64,000 bases of DNA from a virus (taxonomy: Duplodnaviria > Caudoviricetes): IMG/VR virus record IMGVR_UViG_2974751360_000001, positions 3,663 through 67,662 of that record; one strand, written 5' to 3'. The stretch's first letter is position 1. Every line of letters begins with the position of its first letter. This document shows positions 1-8,681 of this stretch, in pieces. Position numbers and translations under genes: made by a program. The notes under the pieces were generated by a model that was given only the letters and a program-made list of their open reading frames with translations, made no database searches and had not been told where the DNA came from.

Positions 1-2
1 CC

Positions 3-407
3 GAAGCGCAGCGCGACGTCGACGAAGAAGCGACCGAGGACACCACGTTCGACAACGGCCCCCGCGAGGGAACCCTCCCCGAGAGTTTCCTGGCCGAGGC
101 CCGGGAGCCGTGGGTGAAGTACACCGACGAGGCCAACGACCGGCCGCAGGAGCCCTCCTCCCAGGAGTGGCGCCAGAAGATCAGCGGGGTTCTCGGTGTC
201 CGGCCGGGCGAGATGAACTACGACCTCGACACCGCGGTGAACAAGATCGGCGAGCTGCGCAAGGTCAACCGAGCGAAGGCGACCGGCGACGAGTGGCGCG
301 CGGGGGTCGCCGACGCTCTGGGGGAGCCGGAGAACGGCCCGTACCTCGGTCTCGCGGAGGCGATGACGGCGATCCGAGACCTCCGCAGGCTCCAGTCGCG
401 CTGGTAG
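3..407 (+). CDS. hypothetical protein, 5' truncated by the window edge
   Basis: Frame is open from base 3 with phage-like codon usage; internal two-fold repeat (EWRQKISGVLG / EWRAGVADALG). Confidence 0.7.
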   Translation, partial: EAQRDVDEEATEDTTFDNGPREGTLPESFLAEAREPWVKYTDEANDRPQEPSSQEWRQKISGVLGVRPGEMNYDLDTAVNKIGELRKVNRAKATGDEWRAGVADALGEPENGPYLGLAEAMTAIRDLRRLQSRW

Positions 408-440
408 CGATTGACGTCAATCGGGAAAGTGGGGTACGGT
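408..440 (+). promoter_or_regulatory. sigma-A-like promoter overlapping palindrome CGATTGACGTCAATCG
   Basis: TTGACG(411-416)-18 bp-TACGGT(435-440); ATG 7 nt downstream. Confidence 0.7.
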
Positions 441-446
441 GGAGGC

Positions 447-938
447 ATGAACACGACAACACCGCCGCCGGACCCCACTTTCCCACCGGATGCCTTCGAG
501 ACGCTCGGATTCACTGACACACCGAACCCGGCGCACGAGAAGCTCGCTCGCGAGCGCATGGACGCCTTCCCTGAGCGAATCCGGACGGTACAGGTGAGCT
601 TCCCGCGTCGCGCTGGGAGGGATCGGTTCCTGGAGGCCACCCGGAAGCTCATGGAGGGGCTGGAGCTGTCGCCGGAGGAGGTCGACGACCTCAAACGGGT
701 GCTCCAGGGCTTCAACGAGCAGATGCGACCGTTCGCCGACTCGGTCCGAGGCCTGTTTCAGACCATCGAGCACACCTGGACCAACATCCAGCCGTCGATC
801 AAGGTGCTCGAAGAGTGGGCCGCGGACATGGAGCGAAAGCCCGTCCACCCCAAGGATGTTCGCGACGAGCGCGGCATCAAGCAGCCGTCGCCGGTAGCGC
901 CGTTCTGGGCCGCGCGACCGAACGGACGACGCCGGTGA
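447..938 (+). CDS. hypothetical protein
   Basis: ORF directly after promoter; stop overlaps next start (GTGA). Confidence 0.75.
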   Translation: MNTTTPPPDPTFPPDAFETLGFTDTPNPAHEKLARERMDAFPERIRTVQVSFPRRAGRDRFLEATRKLMEGLELSPEEVDDLKRVLQGFNEQMRPFADSVRGLFQTIEHTWTNIQPSIKVLEEWAADMERKPVHPKDVRDERGIKQPSPVAPFWAARPNGRRR

Positions 939-1078
939 GCGCCCGGGTCGAGGAGAACGTCCTCTACTACGCCTCGTGCGACAAATGCCAGTGGTACAGC
1001 GAGGATTTCGACGGCAGAGGGGCCGCTGATCGAGAGGCCAAGGACCACAACGACGAGGAGCACAACGACGATGAGTGA
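935..1078 (+). CDS. small CxxC/His protein
   Basis: GTG start coupled to previous stop; SCDKCQW...DHNDEEH. Confidence 0.6.
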   Translation: MSARVEENVLYYASCDKCQWYSEDFDGRGAADREAKDHNDEEHNDDE

Positions 1079-1478
1079 CGCCAAGGACAGCGCAGAGCTG
1101 CGCGCGATACGCGAGCAGATCATCGGGTCGGCAGAACCCGACCCCGAGCACAACGAGGGTGCGTCGATGCACGACCTCGTGATCGAGGACATGCGCAAGC
1201 GCAAGGAGTTCGGCCTGACGAAGTACGGGACCGTGCTCCAGGCCCACAACGGCCGCAACGCGTTGCGCGACGCCTACGACGAAGTGCTCGACCTCGCGGT
1301 GTACCTGCGACAGCGCATCGAGGAGGACGAGAAGCTGCGACGACTCGCCGGTGCCGCGGTGACCGCCGACATCCCGCCGATGCTCCGGCCGGACGGCTGG
1401 CGGCAGTGCCCGAAGCGGGGTCCGCATCAGCGACAATGCATCTACCAGGAAGGTCATCTAGGAAGGCATCGCGCATGA
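1071..1478 (+). CDS. putative MazG-like (all-alpha) nucleotide pyrophosphohydrolase-related protein
   Basis: RKEFGLTKYGTVL...ALRDAYDEVLDLAVYL helical acidic motif; C-terminal C..C..GH.G.H. Confidence 0.5.
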   Translation: MSDAKDSAELRAIREQIIGSAEPDPEHNEGASMHDLVIEDMRKRKEFGLTKYGTVLQAHNGRNALRDAYDEVLDLAVYLRQRIEEDEKLRRLAGAAVTADIPPMLRPDGWRQCPKRGPHQRQCIYQEGHLGRHRA

Positions 1479-1705
1479 CCGATTTCGCACTTCGTTTCCT
1501 CGCTCTGCTCGGCCCGCTGGCCGTATACGGCGTCGTCGTCCGGCTGATGGAGTCCAAGCCCATCGACCAGTGGTGGCCGCTGCTGATCTTCGCGGTGGTC
1601 GTCAACGGCGGGATGGCGCTCGTGGTGTGGTTCCGCAGCCACCGCGGCGACCCGGACGACGAGCTCACCCTCGAAGATCCCGAGCGCCGATACGGGTCGT
1701 TCTGA
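1475..1705 (+). CDS. membrane protein (2 TM)
   Basis: Two hydrophobic stretches; ATGA overlap with upstream gene. Confidence 0.7.
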   Translation: MTDFALRFLALLGPLAVYGVVVRLMESKPIDQWWPLLIFAVVVNGGMALVVWFRSHRGDPDDELTLEDPERRYGSF

Positions 1706-1944
1706 TGCCGATGGACGCCCCGCAGGCAGGGGCAAAACCCAAGTGGCGCTTCCGAAAGGAGGTGCGGCAGTTCTACCAGCGGCTCGAAGCCGCCGGAGGG
1801 GAGATCCGTTACCCGCGAGGAAACGGGCACCCGAAGCTCTTCTACGAGGGGCAGTTCATCGCCACGCTGGGCATGACCACGAAAGACCGCCACTGGGACC
1901 GCAACGTCATCTCCGCGTGCAGACGCGCCGGAATGACCATCTAA
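1705..1944 (+). CDS. hicA: HicA-like toxin (dsRBD-fold RNase)
   Basis: 79 aa basic protein; LEAAGGEIRYPRGNGHPKL (GxH motif) and RNVISACRRAG C-terminal helix. Confidence 0.7.
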   Translation: MPMDAPQAGAKPKWRFRKEVRQFYQRLEAAGGEIRYPRGNGHPKLFYEGQFIATLGMTTKDRHWDRNVISACRRAGMTI

Positions 1945-1957
1945 CCGGGGAGAACAC

Positions 1958-2416
1958 ATGAAGTACCAGGTCAAAGACCTGATCGAGGCCACCGAGCGCA
2001 TCATTGCGCAGGCCGACGGGAAGGCGTATGAGGCGAGGCTCGCGTGGCTGGCCGAGCACGAGGAGGCGTTCCGCGCACTGCGCGACCGGATGACCCAACG
2101 CCTCCGGAAGCACGAGCCGATCACCGAGCAGGACTTCAAGGACACCCTCGGGGTGCTCGACGTCGGCTACGGCAAGCGCCGGGCCTACCACGACCCACGT
2201 CGGTCGCCGATCGCCTCGCTGCGCCAGACGCGGCCCCGGGGGCACCTGAACATCTTCTACAGCGACATCGTCGGCCTGCGCGACACACTCCGTGGGCTCG
2301 ATCAGGAGTCGGTGACCGACCGGGACCTGACCGACCTCGGGTTCAACCGCTACGGCGCGGTAGTCAACCGGCTCCAGAACCCGGATCGCTACTGGGGAAA
2401 CCAGGTGATCTGGTGA
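1958..2416 (+). CDS. hypothetical protein
   Basis: GGAG RBS, 152 aa, typical codon usage. Confidence 0.75.
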   Translation: MKYQVKDLIEATERIIAQADGKAYEARLAWLAEHEEAFRALRDRMTQRLRKHEPITEQDFKDTLGVLDVGYGKRRAYHDPRRSPIASLRQTRPRGHLNIFYSDIVGLRDTLRGLDQESVTDRDLTDLGFNRYGAVVNRLQNPDRYWGNQVIW

Positions 2417-2844
2417 GCGACACGCGATTGAAAGTGGCCGTCGGCGACGTGCTGAAGCTCCGACGACGGATGCGGGACTTCGAGGCCGAGCGGGCCGAGC
2501 GCAAATCGGGGCAGTTGTATTCGTCCCGGAAGATCTACCGGTGGGAGTATTCCGAGGTCACGGTAACCAAGGTCGGCCGGGTGTACCTCACAGCCGAGTC
2601 GACCAACGAGCACGGGATGAAGTGGGAACGCAAGTTCCGGCTCGACAACGGCTCGGAGGTCGGCAACGCGCTCGACGTCCAGGTGTACACCGAGGAGTCG
2701 TTGGCGGCGCAGGAGCGGCGCGAGAAGGCGCTCGAACAACTCGCCGAGCTGACCAACGGCTACGCCTGGCGCAGCAAACTGACCACGGACGCGATGGTCG
2801 GCATCGTCGCGATCCTGACCGCGGAGGGGAGTCACGATGGCTGA
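2413..2844 (+). CDS. hypothetical protein (beta-barrel-like; VTVTKVGRVY motif)
   Basis: GTGA overlap, coding-like codon bias. Confidence 0.7.
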   Translation: MSDTRLKVAVGDVLKLRRRMRDFEAERAERKSGQLYSSRKIYRWEYSEVTVTKVGRVYLTAESTNEHGMKWERKFRLDNGSEVGNALDVQVYTEESLAAQERREKALEQLAELTNGYAWRSKLTTDAMVGIVAILTAEGSHDG

Positions 2845-3178
2845 GTGGTGGGAGCAGAGCTCGTCGATCGACCTGACCGACGAAGAACTCGCCGAGCTGA
2901 TCTCCAAGCTGGAGGTATTCGAGGAAGACCAGCGGGGATCGCTGTATCCGCAGCTCAAAGAGCTGGAGGAGTACCGGTATTTCTCGAACAGGTACGGCCA
3001 GGCGGTGAAGACGTTCTTCCTCGAAAAGGCGAACCTGCGAGGGGACGATCTGAAGAAGGCGGTCGACTGGCTGCTCCGGGACAAGACGAGGGCCACAGGG
3101 GCGATCCTCGAAGGTATCTACCAGTGGAACGAACAACGAGAGGACGCCGACCGTGCCCGGACGACCCCGAGACACTGA
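2837..3178 (+). CDS. hypothetical protein
   Basis: GGAG RBS, overlapping operon. Confidence 0.7.
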   Translation: MAEWWEQSSSIDLTDEELAELISKLEVFEEDQRGSLYPQLKELEEYRYFSNRYGQAVKTFFLEKANLRGDDLKKAVDWLLRDKTRATGAILEGIYQWNEQREDADRARTTPRH

Positions 3179-3521
3179 GCCGATCAAGGATCCGACGACC
3201 GCGTTGCGCGCGTTCGCACAGGCCTGCGCGGAGGCCTACGGTCCCATGCAGCGCCACCCCGCCGCCGCGACGAAGATCGGGCTGGAAGTCGACGCCTTCC
3301 TCGCCGAGTGGGTCGTCATGCGGCCGATCGACCTCGGCCGGGAACGCGCGGCGCAGGCCGAGTGGCAGACCGAGGCGAAGAGAGCGTTCGCGGTGATGCT
3401 CCAGGCGATCAAGGCCCTCGGCGGGGACCAGCTCGGTCAGTTGATCCTCAACGAGGTCTCGAAGATCTACGAGTTCCACGGACTCAGTGCCGAAGAGGAG
3501 TTCGAGAGGTTCACCCCGTGA
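3153..3521 (+). CDS. hypothetical protein
   Basis: GAGG RBS, operon context. Confidence 0.7.
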   Translation: MPGRPRDTEPIKDPTTALRAFAQACAEAYGPMQRHPAAATKIGLEVDAFLAEWVVMRPIDLGRERAAQAEWQTEAKRAFAVMLQAIKALGGDQLGQLILNEVSKIYEFHGLSAEEEFERFTP

Positions 3522-3844
3522 AGCGGCTGACGGCGATGTTCGCAGGCCTGCGATTCCGCCGGGAGTACGCGGTGGAGTGGGTGCATCTGGCGCCCGACCC
3601 CGACCGGCCTGGCGAACAGAAGGTGATGACGTCGCAGTCCGATGCGACGCGGTCGTGGGAGGTCGCGAGATCGGCGTCCGCATGGATTAGCGAGTCGCCG
3701 GGGGTCATCTGGGCCCGGATCGTCGAACGTTCGGTGCGCGAGGAGCGGGAGCACTGGTGGCTGCCGTGGCGCACGACCGGCGAGACCCGCTGGTATGAGC
3801 TGGAGCTCGGTGGGTCCGAGGGAAAGCCGATGTTCCAGACCTAG
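3518..3844 (+). CDS. hypothetical Trp-rich protein
   Basis: GTGA overlap with upstream stop. Confidence 0.65.
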   Translation: MKRLTAMFAGLRFRREYAVEWVHLAPDPDRPGEQKVMTSQSDATRSWEVARSASAWISESPGVIWARIVERSVREEREHWWLPWRTTGETRWYELELGGSEGKPMFQT

Positions 3845-3873
3845 TTGCTGCTGTTGGCGTCAACTGATACAGT
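3845..3873 (+). promoter_or_regulatory. sigma-A-like promoter with variant palindrome TTGGCGTCAA in the spacer
   Basis: TTGCTG-17 bp-TACAGT; ATG 7 nt downstream. Confidence 0.65.
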
Positions 3874-3879
3874 AGACGC

Positions 3880-4350
3880 ATGAACGAAAACAAGCAGCCC
3901 AAGGACCCCGATGTGGACCCCGACCTGGTCCACATCGGGTTCGTCCTCGACGGCGCCATCTGCCGAATGAACATCCCGGCCAACCTCGCTCGGAAGATGG
4001 GGATGGCGCTCTTCGACGAGGCCGACCTGGTCGAGGGCAAGACCCCTCTCCGAGAGCGCCTGCGGCGCCGGTGGAAGCCCGGAGGCCGACGCGACTTCCA
4101 GAACTTCCTATCCGGTGTTGGTGTCGGATGGCTCGTGGTCACCATCTCCTCGGGGGTCGCGTTCCAGAACCACACCGCGGCGATCGGGGCCGGGCTCCTG
4201 ACCTCGGCGACGATCGCCCTTCAGTGTCAGCGGCACTTCCAAGACCGCCGGGACCTCGACGAAGAGATGCGCGAGAAGAGGTACCAGGCAGAGACCGGCG
4301 CCGACATCGACGCAACGACCGGCCAGCTACCCTGGGAGATCCTGCGGTGA
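3880..4350 (+). CDS. membrane protein
   Basis: Two hydrophobic segments (GVGVGWLVVTISSGVAF; AAIGAGLLTSATIAL). Confidence 0.7.
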   Translation: MNENKQPKDPDVDPDLVHIGFVLDGAICRMNIPANLARKMGMALFDEADLVEGKTPLRERLRRRWKPGGRRDFQNFLSGVGVGWLVVTISSGVAFQNHTAAIGAGLLTSATIALQCQRHFQDRRDLDEEMREKRYQAETGADIDATTGQLPWEILR

Positions 4351-4652
4351 GCATCGTCGTCGGCCATCGGCCCGGCACCCCGCAGGGAGGGCGATTCGCA
4401 CCCCGAGCGACGCTCGTCGGCTGCGACTTCCCGCTGTGCGACAAGGCCATTCACTTCCCGGTGAATCTCCAGTCGAGCAACGCCCAGTGCATCCGCGACA
4501 CCATTCGGTTCATGGAGGCGCACAACCGAAAGCAGCAGATCCAGGGCTGGCTCGTCGACACCACCGTCGATCCGGCGAAGTTCTTCTGCTCCCGACATGC
4601 CGATTCCCCAGCCGTGGGGACGGTCATCCTGCAACCGAAGCGAGACATATGA
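4347..4652 (+). CDS. hypothetical Cys-containing (possible Zn-binding) protein
   Basis: CDFPLC...GWLVD...FCSRH; GTGA overlap. Confidence 0.65.
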   Translation: MSIVVGHRPGTPQGGRFAPRATLVGCDFPLCDKAIHFPVNLQSSNAQCIRDTIRFMEAHNRKQQIQGWLVDTTVDPAKFFCSRHADSPAVGTVILQPKRDI

Positions 4653-5023
4653 GCGCCACCAACATCGTCGAGGAACTGACCACTGAGGACTACATCCAGG
4701 CCTCTGAGCAGCTTCTTCGTATCCAGGAGAAGAAGGCCTCCGGGAAGGAGCTGTCGAAGAAGGAGCGCGCGATCGTGGTCTACGCATCGCTCATGATGGC
4801 GTCGGACCGGTCGGCCGACATGTACCGCGGGGTCTGGAAGGACTTCGTCAACAACAACGGCGAGCAGATGACGCATGAAGGGGCGCAAAAGGCCCGGCGA
4901 TTTTACGATCTGCTTCAGCAGGGGGTCAGTGCGGCCGAGAAAGGATACGAGGTCGGCGAGCCCATCGCGTTGCGGTCGATCCTCGAAGACTTCCGCGAGA
5001 TCTACTCGACGGACCTGCTGTGA
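4649..5023 (+). CDS. hypothetical protein
   Basis: ATGA overlap, codon bias. Confidence 0.7.
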   Translation: MSATNIVEELTTEDYIQASEQLLRIQEKKASGKELSKKERAIVVYASLMMASDRSADMYRGVWKDFVNNNGEQMTHEGAQKARRFYDLLQQGVSAAEKGYEVGEPIALRSILEDFREIYSTDLL

Positions 5024-5289
5024 GCGACCACATCGCCCGGCCGGTCGCCGAGCTGAAGGTGCTCAAACGCATCGACGCCGACCGCGTCGGCCGCGTCCTG
5101 AAACAGGACCAGGAGTCGATGCGGACGATGAGCAAGGCCGACCTCCAGAAGGTACTCGACCAGGCCGAGGCAGACATGACGCGGTGCTACGACGCCTCGG
5201 CGACGCTGCGCGAGGTGGGCAACCAGCTCGCCGACGTGATGATCGAAGCCCTGACCACGGCCGCGGACAGGGGTCTGAAGATCCGGTGA
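5020..5289 (+). CDS. hypothetical coiled-coil protein
   Basis: GTGA overlap. Confidence 0.7.
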   Translation: MSDHIARPVAELKVLKRIDADRVGRVLKQDQESMRTMSKADLQKVLDQAEADMTRCYDASATLREVGNQLADVMIEALTTAADRGLKIR

Positions 5290-5642
5290 CATTCATGGAG
5301 AAGGCGGGCACCGGGGTAGGCCTCTGGCTGTTGCTCGCCGCGCTGATCAACGCCGCCGACCATCGGTGGTTGGTCTGCGCAACGATCCTCTCCCTGGCCT
5401 CCGGCATCCTCGTCTGGGTGTTCGGCCGGGCGAGCGACCGAGAGGCTGCCCGCCAGAAGCGGGAAAACGACGCGCTGTTGGACCGGCTCGAACACGAAAT
5501 GAATCAGGAGGACGCATCAGGTGAGTACATCCGGGACGGGAACGGATTCTGGATCCGCAAACCCCAAGAGCGAGATCTCGGAGATAGCCGCCGAGACGAT
5601 GAAGACCGCGATCAACGCGGAGGTGAAGGAGCGTTTCGGTGA
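5286..5642 (+). CDS. membrane protein (2 TM)
   Basis: GVGLWLLLAALINAA and LVCATILSLASGILVWVF. Confidence 0.65.
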   Translation: MTFMEKAGTGVGLWLLLAALINAADHRWLVCATILSLASGILVWVFGRASDREAARQKRENDALLDRLEHEMNQEDASGEYIRDGNGFWIRKPQERDLGDSRRDDEDRDQRGGEGAFR

Positions 5643-5829
5643 GGACTTCTACGTGAAGAACTCGATCGTCCTCGCCCTCGTCGAGCGGCCCCGGGGCGAC
5701 CTGGAACGGCCCGACGCACCACGGATCTCGATCTTCCTGAAGAGCCTCGAACCGATCGACCCCAGCGTCGCGGTCAAGATCCTCGAAGAGGCCGCGGCGA
5801 TCTACCAGCGGAAGCGCGCCGAGGGATGA
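5521..5829 (+). CDS. hypothetical protein (start uncertain; alternative ATG 5599)
   Basis: Good codon bias in 3' part; overlaps upstream gene. Confidence 0.6.
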   Translation: MSTSGTGTDSGSANPKSEISEIAAETMKTAINAEVKERFGEDFYVKNSIVLALVERPRGDLERPDAPRISIFLKSLEPIDPSVAVKILEEAAAIYQRKRAEG

Positions 5830-6059
5830 ACGAAGAAGAGATCGCAGTGAACCAGAGCCTACAGACCGTATCGCAGATCCTCACCCAGGCGGGTCTCGCG
5901 CAGGTCATCATGGACGTAGAGGACATGAAGCTGCTGGTCAGCATGTTGAAGGGACGGTCGACGATCGTCAAGATGAGCGGTCGAACAGCCCTCCGCGAGG
6001 ACGAGCTGATCAATCGCCTCACCCACCAGATTCATCGACTCGGAGGAACCACATCATGA
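5826..6059 (+). CDS. hypothetical protein
   Basis: ATGA overlaps at both ends. Confidence 0.65.
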   Translation: MNEEEIAVNQSLQTVSQILTQAGLAQVIMDVEDMKLLVSMLKGRSTIVKMSGRTALREDELINRLTHQIHRLGGTTS

Positions 6060-6847
6060 CCGAAGTACTCATCCGCACGCTCCGCGGAACCGGGGAGCCG
6101 TTGCAGCAGCCGAACGGCTCGCTGGGAGCACAGCCGGGGTGGCCTCCCTCCAGCGGGAACGGGGTGTTCAACCCGTTGAACATGTCCGACGAGATCGTGC
6201 GCGAGGTCGCGACTCTCGGGGTGCGGCACGTGCCGATCCCCTACCCGGCGTCGATCGCCCCGGCCGGTGGGACGAAGATGTTCCACCAGAGCTATGCGGA
6301 GGGGTACCGAGCGATGGAGATCGCCGGAGCGGATCCGCGACCGACGATCTACTTCGGATACTCCCTCGGGGCGATCATCGCCGGGGACGCGGCAGCCGCC
6401 GGGGACCTGCCGAACTGCATCGGCTTGATCCTGATCTCGGACCCCTTGCGGCACCCGGATCAGATCGTGCCGGAGTGCGGCGTCGGAAAGCACCTGTACG
6501 GCTGCGCTGGGAAGCGCTTCATCGCGATCAACGCCCCGGTTTACTCGTACTCGGTCCGGGACGACACGATCTCGGCGCTCGCCGCGGACAACGGGTTCCG
6601 GCTCTTCTCCGACATCGTCACCGGATACCGGCAGCCGTGGAAGGTCGGGTACGCCAACCTCGGCGCGATCGCCGACGCCGCGGCGAAGTACCTCGGCACG
6701 CCGCCGACCGAGATCTTCGGCCGCAAGACCCCGGCGAAGCCCAGTCGGCACGTGGTCTACAGCTCCGAGAAGATGCCGCTCATGCCGATGACGTACACGG
6801 CGCACGCCGCGGGGAAGGCGATGGAGATCGCGGCGAACCACATCTAG
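6056..6847 (+). CDS. lysB: lysin B (cutinase-like serine esterase)
   Basis: LRGTGE N-terminus, YPAS, nucleophile elbow GYSLG, ISDPLRHP. Confidence 0.8.
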   Translation: MTEVLIRTLRGTGEPLQQPNGSLGAQPGWPPSSGNGVFNPLNMSDEIVREVATLGVRHVPIPYPASIAPAGGTKMFHQSYAEGYRAMEIAGADPRPTIYFGYSLGAIIAGDAAAAGDLPNCIGLILISDPLRHPDQIVPECGVGKHLYGCAGKRFIAINAPVYSYSVRDDTISALAADNGFRLFSDIVTGYRQPWKVGYANLGAIADAAAKYLGTPPTEIFGRKTPAKPSRHVVYSSEKMPLMPMTYTAHAAGKAMEIAANHI

Positions 6848-6930
6848 TGGTACCCTGACCGCGAGATCGCTACCTGTTGTGTTGGTCTCTTCGTTCTCCT
6901 CGGGGCAAACGGGAAGAGCGCGTCGCACGG

Positions 6931-6960
6931 AAACCCCGGCCTGGGAAGAGGCCGGGGTTT
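6931..6960. terminator. hairpin, probable intrinsic terminator
   Basis: AAACCCCGGCCT-loop-AGGCCGGGGTTT. Confidence 0.65.
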
Positions 6961-6986
6961 CTGTCATCTCGGGGTACGATCGCCGC

Positions 6987-7250
6987 ATGTCGTCCTCGTC
7001 CAGCCGCGCCAAGGGGAAGGCCTCCGATGGGGCCAACCTGAAGGTCTACTGGTCTACCGGCGCCGGTGGGGCGAAGATCAAGTGGAACACCCCCGGGGAC
7101 ATGACGCGGTGCGTTCGGTACATACGCAAGTACGCCGAGAAGGAGGGCTTCTCCGCGCAGGGGTTCTGCGCTCGGCTGCACAAGCAGATGACCGGCGTCT
7201 ACCCGGGTGACAGGCGAAACGTCGGCGGAAACGGGAGATCGAAGAGCTGA
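6987..7250 (+). CDS. small basic conserved phage protein (KIKWNTPGDMTRC motif)
   Basis: -10 TACGAT 7 nt upstream; W.TPGD..RC...GFCARLH motif. Confidence 0.65.
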   Translation: MSSSSSRAKGKASDGANLKVYWSTGAGGAKIKWNTPGDMTRCVRYIRKYAEKEGFSAQGFCARLHKQMTGVYPGDRRNVGGNGRSKS

Positions 7251-8218
7251 TGGCGAACAGTCTGGGAGCCGTCTTCCCATCGAAGACCCGTGCCGAGTGG
7301 GTCACCCTCAACCCTCTCCTGATGAAGGGGCAGGGGGCATACGAGGAGGACACCGGTGCGCTGAAGATCGGGAACGGGACCGACGTCTACAACGACCTCG
7401 ACTACTTCGTCGGGGCTGTTCAGGCCGTCTCTCCTGAGCAGATCGAAGAGCTGATTCAGCAGTTCGTCCCTGCGTCCGACCAGGCCAACAAGGCATACGG
7501 CACAAACAGCGCGGGCGAAGAGATCATGTGGAGCATCTCGTCGTCGCCGTCGGGAGCAACGCTGGTGCTCCGAGGTACCGGCGGAACAGTCCAGGTCGGA
7601 GAGGCGACCGCTGGGGCTCATGCTGTCCCGAAGTCGCAGCTCGACGCCTCTTTGCGAGAAGTGCTGCTGGCAGGCGACAAGGTCGTTCCGCTGGTCGGCG
7701 GGAACTGGTACCCGATCCCGGGCACCGGCACCACGACGACCCGCGCGACGGCGAACAATGGCGAGTCCCGATTCGGTCGGATCGTGGCAGGACGTGACTG
7801 CACACTCGACGCGATGGCCCTCGAAGTCACCACGGCGGGGACTGCCGGGTCGCTGATCCGCTTCGGCATCTACGACTTCGACCCGGTCACCGGCGCCGTG
7901 GGACCGCTGCTCCTGGATGCCGGAACGATCGAAGCCGAGTCGGTCGGGACGAAGATCCTGAACACCAGCTTCCCGGTGAAGGCGGGCAAGCACTACCTCG
8001 TCGGCGCGGCGATCCAGGGGAACCCCGCGACCCGGCCGGTGCTGCGCGCGATGGTCAGCAACGACGTCTTCCTCGCGTCAAGCAACGCCGCGCAGATCTC
8101 CAGCACCGGAATCTCGAACCTCACGAGCACCATGACCGGCCCGCTGCCCAACACCCCCGGCTTCGGGTTCGGAGGCTCCGGCGCGCTGTTCCGGGTCATG
8201 GTCCGGGCTGCGGCCTGA
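7250..8218 (+). CDS. minor tail / fibre-like protein with Mtd-N (hyaluronidase N-terminal)-like domain
   Basis: AEWVTLNPLLMKGQGAYEEDTGALKIGNGTDVYNDLDY; beta-rich C-terminus. Confidence 0.65.
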   Translation: MANSLGAVFPSKTRAEWVTLNPLLMKGQGAYEEDTGALKIGNGTDVYNDLDYFVGAVQAVSPEQIEELIQQFVPASDQANKAYGTNSAGEEIMWSISSSPSGATLVLRGTGGTVQVGEATAGAHAVPKSQLDASLREVLLAGDKVVPLVGGNWYPIPGTGTTTTRATANNGESRFGRIVAGRDCTLDAMALEVTTAGTAGSLIRFGIYDFDPVTGAVGPLLLDAGTIEAESVGTKILNTSFPVKAGKHYLVGAAIQGNPATRPVLRAMVSNDVFLASSNAAQISSTGISNLTSTMTGPLPNTPGFGFGGSGALFRVMVRAAA

Positions 8219-8238
8219 CCAGCGGGTATTATCCGGTC

Positions 8239-8415
8239 ATGGCACGGAGACGACGCGGCGGGTCGCTGAACACCCGGAAGAAGGGCAAGGCGAAGAACGG
8301 CGCGAAGTGGGGGCACGGGTTCGTCCCGAAGAACGCCGCCGCGCGCAAGCTGAAGAAGAAGCTCGACCGAAACGGTAAGCGCCGCAAGCGAACTGCCAAG
8401 GGCTACCCGAAGTGA
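8239..8415 (+). CDS. 58-aa highly basic protein (not in the ORF track)
   Basis: MARRRRGGSLNTRKKGKAKNGAKWGHGFVPKNAAARKLKKKLDRNGKRRKRTAKGYPK; fills the gap and overlaps next start. Confidence 0.65.
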   Translation: MARRRRGGSLNTRKKGKAKNGAKWGHGFVPKNAAARKLKKKLDRNGKRRKRTAKGYPK

Positions 8416-8681
8416 GTGAGCACTACCGGGACACCGAGGAGTGGGACGCCGTCGTCAACGCGGTCCAGCGACTCCAGGACTGGCAGGGACGTCGGAACGG
8501 CACTGAGGATCGCATGGTGGTCGACTTCGTGATCACCACGTTCAATATGCCGAAGGAACGACCAACCGAAGATGACCAGCCGATCGGGGGATATGGCAGC
8601 TTCGCGACACAGCCGTTCCCGCACATCAACATCGGGCTTCACGATCAGGGCCGGGACTACTGGTCGGATCTGGTGGAATGA
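8412..8681 (+). CDS. hypothetical protein
   Basis: GTGA and ATGA overlaps. Confidence 0.65.
   Translation: MSEHYRDTEEWDAVVNAVQRLQDWQGRRNGTEDRMVVDFVITTFNMPKERPTEDDQPIGGYGSFATQPFPHINIGLHDQGRDYWSDLVE

Noticed and set aside
411-420. TGACGTCA equals the eukaryotic CRE element
   Set aside because: Coincidental in a bacteriophage; the bacterial promoter context explains it.
7250-8218. Mtd-like N-terminus suggesting a diversity-generating retroelement
   Set aside because: No reverse transcriptase and no template/variable repeat pair was seen in the window.
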